Source: Eukaryota sp. TZLM1-RC (Eukaryota; Protista; Metamonada: BaSk clade). Taken from it: DNA of 64,000 nt. Both the position numbers and the translations under genes were made by a program. Location of the stretch: assembly GCA_040285825.1 (NCBI GenBank), contig JAUPSS010000012.1:434001-498000 (forward strand). The letters run 5' to 3'. Positions 60,886-64,000 of the stretch are shown here, in pieces (position 1 is the stretch's first letter; each line of letters starts with the position of its first letter). The notes under the pieces were generated by a model that worked only from the letters and a program-made list of their open reading frames with translations, searched no databases and was not told where the DNA came from.

Positions 60886-63800
60886 TTAGGCTTTATTCCA
60901 AGAATGCAAACAAGATTACTATAAACAACAACAATGCAAAGCAATATTCTAGAAAAGTGATCACTGACAAAATGAAGGTAGATTCTCACTATTTACGGGT
61001 TCATGAGCACGTACATTGTGAAACTCAGTAATACTTGAAAGTATTGAGTTAAAATAACGTGGTAGAGCCTTAAAGAGTGAGAAAACAATTCTGTTCTTCC
61101 AAATAAGTTGATCAAAAGAACGTCCTAAGTCTTTTAAGAAACTGCCTAAATCATTCAAGAAAGATAGTCCTTCCCTGCCTAAAGTACCAAAAATAGAAAT
61201 TCCAATTGGAACAAAAACGATGTTTCTGCCACGTTGTTTGTTCAAACGTACAAGTAAATCATTATACTTCGAGTGCTTGCTCCTTTCTGCATTCTTGAGG
61301 GTTGATTCAATGTCGAAAGACGAAGACAACTTCCAAGGAGAAACAGTTGTACAATCAATAATTAATTCCTGGCCGCTATGCCAAGCACATTGAATGTCAC
61401 CTCTTTTTTGACTTTGAGCAAGCTGCATTTCATCAAAAACTGGTTCTAGTCGTACTGGATGATGGGCACTCTTCAACAAATCATAAATGCAATCGCGAAC
61501 GGCATTGTGAATAATCGACCTCTTCTGAGTGAACTTCCTACAAGATAAGACATGAGTATAGGAAGCAACTGCTCCACATTTACAACGAATATTTGTTAAA
61601 CACTGAGGGGGAGGTAAGTTCAAACGTAGTCTCATAATTGTTAAAAACTGGGAATCGAACAGCAACAGACCAAAACGGCGAGGTACTTGGGTTATTAGGC
61701 AAGATGCACTGTTGATAAAAGAACCCTTATCGCAAAGAGAGGATAGAAATGTTGCAAAGGAAGAATCACCTGAATTGTTAGCCAAGCTAATTTGTTGTTC
61801 TAGTGATTCAGCTTCGAGAGCATTCATCAACTTCTTTTGCAGTTTAGGGACAGTTCTCAAAAAATTACTTAAATCATTAACTTCAACAGAGGCACGATCA
61901 ACTGTAGAAGCAAACATTGAAAACCAAAGTTTATCAGGGCAGTTATCAAGGAATATTTTGACAAAGAGAGCAGCACTTGAGTTAGAATTAGTGACTAAAT
62001 CATTCCAGTTATTAGGGAATAATACAGATAATTCAAACAAGAAATTCTTAATGCCTCCCAAGAACGCAGCATTTGTCAAAATGGATGAACGAGTCAAACC
62101 AACACCACCATGCGAATGTGACCTGAAACAGTGAAGTGGAATATCCTTAATGTTCTTAACACTAAGTAAGTCAACCAAAAAGTTGGTTCTTCGAGACAAA
62201 AACAATTTGATTTCAGGTGTGATCAAATCCGGTGGAATAGAGCGAATCAGGTGATTTACTTTAGAACTGAAGCATAACCTATCCACATGAAATTTAATAT
62301 GTTTTTTCAACGGCAAAGCCTGAATTTCATCCAACTTAGCAGATGCACTTTCAATTTCCTTATGTAATGATCTACTAATGGCTGATTCATTTCCAATGAA
62401 AGTACCCAGTAAATCAATACAATCATTTTGATAATCCACAAAAGGAATTTCTTCATCGTTAAGCACAATTGAATGAAACGAACGCCCAAGAACTTGACAC
62501 TTGCTAGCGTTAAGTTCTAGACCAATATTCAGTGCAAGTTTACGAAGATAAATAACAGCTTCGTGTACTAAAGAAGCATTACCAATAAGGGAGACATCAT
62601 CCATGTAAGCAACAACTTTCAAATCAGGAAACCGAGACTTCAACTTTTCAAACAAAGGATGTAGAGCAACACAAAAGAGAAAAGGACCAATGGGATCACC
62701 TTGCTTTACACCTGAGCATGAAGGAATAGAGTCGGTGTCTAATACAAGATTCGAATGTTTGGAATACAAAAACTCGAACAGAGGGGCAACTTCAGCCAGA
62801 ACAGGAGACGTTTTCAAAGACTCAAGAATTGCATTGCGCTTAACTGAATTGAAGGCATTTTTAAAATCACAAATTACTGCCATGTTATCAATTGACAAAT
62901 TCATGAAAAGATCAACAGCAAGAACAGCGGAATTAGCACCGTCATACGTACCGATATCGAATTGAAAAGAACCTAAAAATTCCTTGGCACAATTTTTTAT
63001 TCTAGAAAACACAAGCAAAGACAATAATCGTGAAACAACTTCACCTATGGCAATAGGTCTAATTCCATTATTTTTCTTACTGAGAGGAATTAAACGTAAC
63101 GCAGACAACTCAGGAGGAAATCCTTGAGGATTGAGCATTATCAAATCAAACAATTGGGTCAACGAAGGAATGATTGTTCCAACAGCTTTTGAAGCAGATT
63201 TCAAATGATCAAAAGTCAAAAGGGATGGGCCAGCAGCTCTACCATAGGGACGAGAAGACAGGGAGCGAGATACTTCTTTTTCTGAAAAAGGATTTGATTT
63301 CCAATAATTAAAGGAATCCACTGGGGAAGCAAAGTCAATGGGATCTTCAAAAGGATGTTGTTTCAGCAAAGTTGAAATGGTCTCAGCATTTTGAGAAGCA
63401 AGTGATTGACTAGATAGAGAAGCCATTGCACCACTAACTTTACCATCAAGAAACATTTTTTCAAACCTTTTGCATTTGGAAGAAACAGTAGAAGCTGGAC
63501 GTGTAAGAGAAGCGTTGGACTGAGAAACTGATAAGGAATCCTTAAAGAAATTCCACAACGGATTTATGTCATACACTTTTCGGAATAAGGAATCTAGAAA
63601 GGACTGAATAGCACAACCTAATTTGAATCCTTGACGAGGATTTGGGATTGGCTTCACTTTTAAAGGACATCTCAAAGGATCAAGAAAATCAGATGAAACA
63701 GAGTTACACAACTGCACCTTCATAGCTACTTCAAAATCAGTAAACGGTTTAAAAAGAAACCCAGAAATATTCTCTTCAACCCAAAACTGTTGAAGTCTGG

Positions 63801-64000
63801 ATCTTAATGAGGCAGCATTACCTGAAAGCTTAATTTTAACTCCAACAATTTTATTAAAAAATCGGAGAATTTTTTTCATAACAACAACAGTAGTTCTTTC
63901 AAAGTTATTGTCAATGAAAATATTAAATTGTTCACGAGAGAGAGTTTCAATATCATCTAGAAGAGTATATATGTTATATATATACAAATATTCCATATAT
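60886..64000 (-). mobile_element. RLE non-LTR retrotransposon, copy 2 (ORF intact)
   Basis: Near-identical to 28252-31378; runs to the window edge. Confidence 0.93.
60961..63996 (-). CDS. RT + CCHC + restriction-like endonuclease polyprotein (CRE/NeSL-like grade)
   Basis: RPIAIGE, DFKNAFNS, GVKQGDP, YMDD, CKCG...HVLSC, HNAVRD, RGD..IID and AERSKHSKY; true start uncertain. Confidence 0.92.
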   Translation of the reverse strand: MEYLYIYNIYTLLDDIETLSREQFNIFIDNNFERTTVVVMKKILRFFNKIVGVKIKLSGNAASLRSRLQQFWVEENISGFLFKPFTDFEVAMKVQLCNSVSSDFLDPLRCPLKVKPIPNPRQGFKLGCAIQSFLDSLFRKVYDINPLWNFFKDSLSVSQSNASLTRPASTVSSKCKRFEKMFLDGKVSGAMASLSSQSLASQNAETISTLLKQHPFEDPIDFASPVDSFNYWKSNPFSEKEVSRSLSSRPYGRAAGPSLLTFDHLKSASKAVGTIIPSLTQLFDLIMLNPQGFPPELSALRLIPLSKKNNGIRPIAIGEVVSRLLSLLVFSRIKNCAKEFLGSFQFDIGTYDGANSAVLAVDLFMNLSIDNMAVICDFKNAFNSVKRNAILESLKTSPVLAEVAPLFEFLYSKHSNLVLDTDSIPSCSGVKQGDPIGPFLFCVALHPLFEKLKSRFPDLKVVAYMDDVSLIGNASLVHEAVIYLRKLALNIGLELNASKCQVLGRSFHSIVLNDEEIPFVDYQNDCIDLLGTFIGNESAISRSLHKEIESASAKLDEIQALPLKKHIKFHVDRLCFSSKVNHLIRSIPPDLITPEIKLFLSRRTNFLVDLLSVKNIKDIPLHCFRSHSHGGVGLTRSSILTNAAFLGGIKNFLFELSVLFPNNWNDLVTNSNSSAALFVKIFLDNCPDKLWFSMFASTVDRASVEVNDLSNFLRTVPKLQKKLMNALEAESLEQQISLANNSGDSSFATFLSSLCDKGSFINSASCLITQVPRRFGLLLFDSQFLTIMRLRLNLPPPQCLTNIRCKCGAVASYTHVLSCRKFTQKRSIIHNAVRDCIYDLLKSAHHPVRLEPVFDEMQLAQSQKRGDIQCAWHSGQELIIDCTTVSPWKLSSSFDIESTLKNAERSKHSKYNDLLVRLNKQRGRNIVFVPIGISIFGTLGREGLSFLNDLGSFLKDLGRSFDQLIWKNRIVFSLFKALPRYFNSILSSITEFHNVRAHEPVNSENLPSFCQ

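Noticed and set aside
1-64000. CRISPR arrays, tRNA or rRNA genes; most short antisense ORFs in the track
   Set aside because: No repeat-spacer periodicity, cloverleaf or rRNA signature was seen; the short ORFs are shadows of real ORFs or AT-rich noise.

Overview
AT-rich eukaryotic (protist-like) DNA, about 60% transposon-derived. Evidence for a eukaryote: tiny 29-30 nt GT-AG introns, RCC1, RING and kinase genes, Ty3/gypsy, MULE and Tc1 elements. Host genes: a secreted ependymin/LolA-like protein, a membrane-anchored paralog pair (one a pseudogene), an RCC1+LRR-like protein, a bacterial-type SxxK serine hydrolase, a BHMT-like methyltransferase and a decayed RING-kinase-TM gene. Mobile elements: two full-length chromodomain-bearing Ty3/gypsy elements from different families (A 42013-49393, B 52513-59717), a rearranged A/B chimera, two near-full-length RLE non-LTR retrotransposons plus relics, a MULE whose terminal inverted repeat (TIR) is split by one of the RLE elements, and a Tc1/IS630 relic. 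Main hidden system: a Fanzor1-like (eukaryotic TnpB, RNA-guided nuclease) gene at 51747-60730, split in frame by LTR element B. It retains the RuvC D/E/D residues and has a hairpin-rich omega-RNA candidate downstream. Two further Fanzor remnants (15.2-15.76 kb, 50.89-51.09 kb) each lie just downstream of a copy of the same ~820-bp repeat. Both LTR families share an unusual architecture: the gag ATG lies exactly 24 nt inside the 5' LTR, a perfect 12-bp palindrome spans the LTR/primer binding site (PBS) junction, and the pol stop lies inside the 3' LTR. Element B also carries an unassigned ~490-aa insert between RNase H and integrase. All calls come from manual reading; no searches were run.
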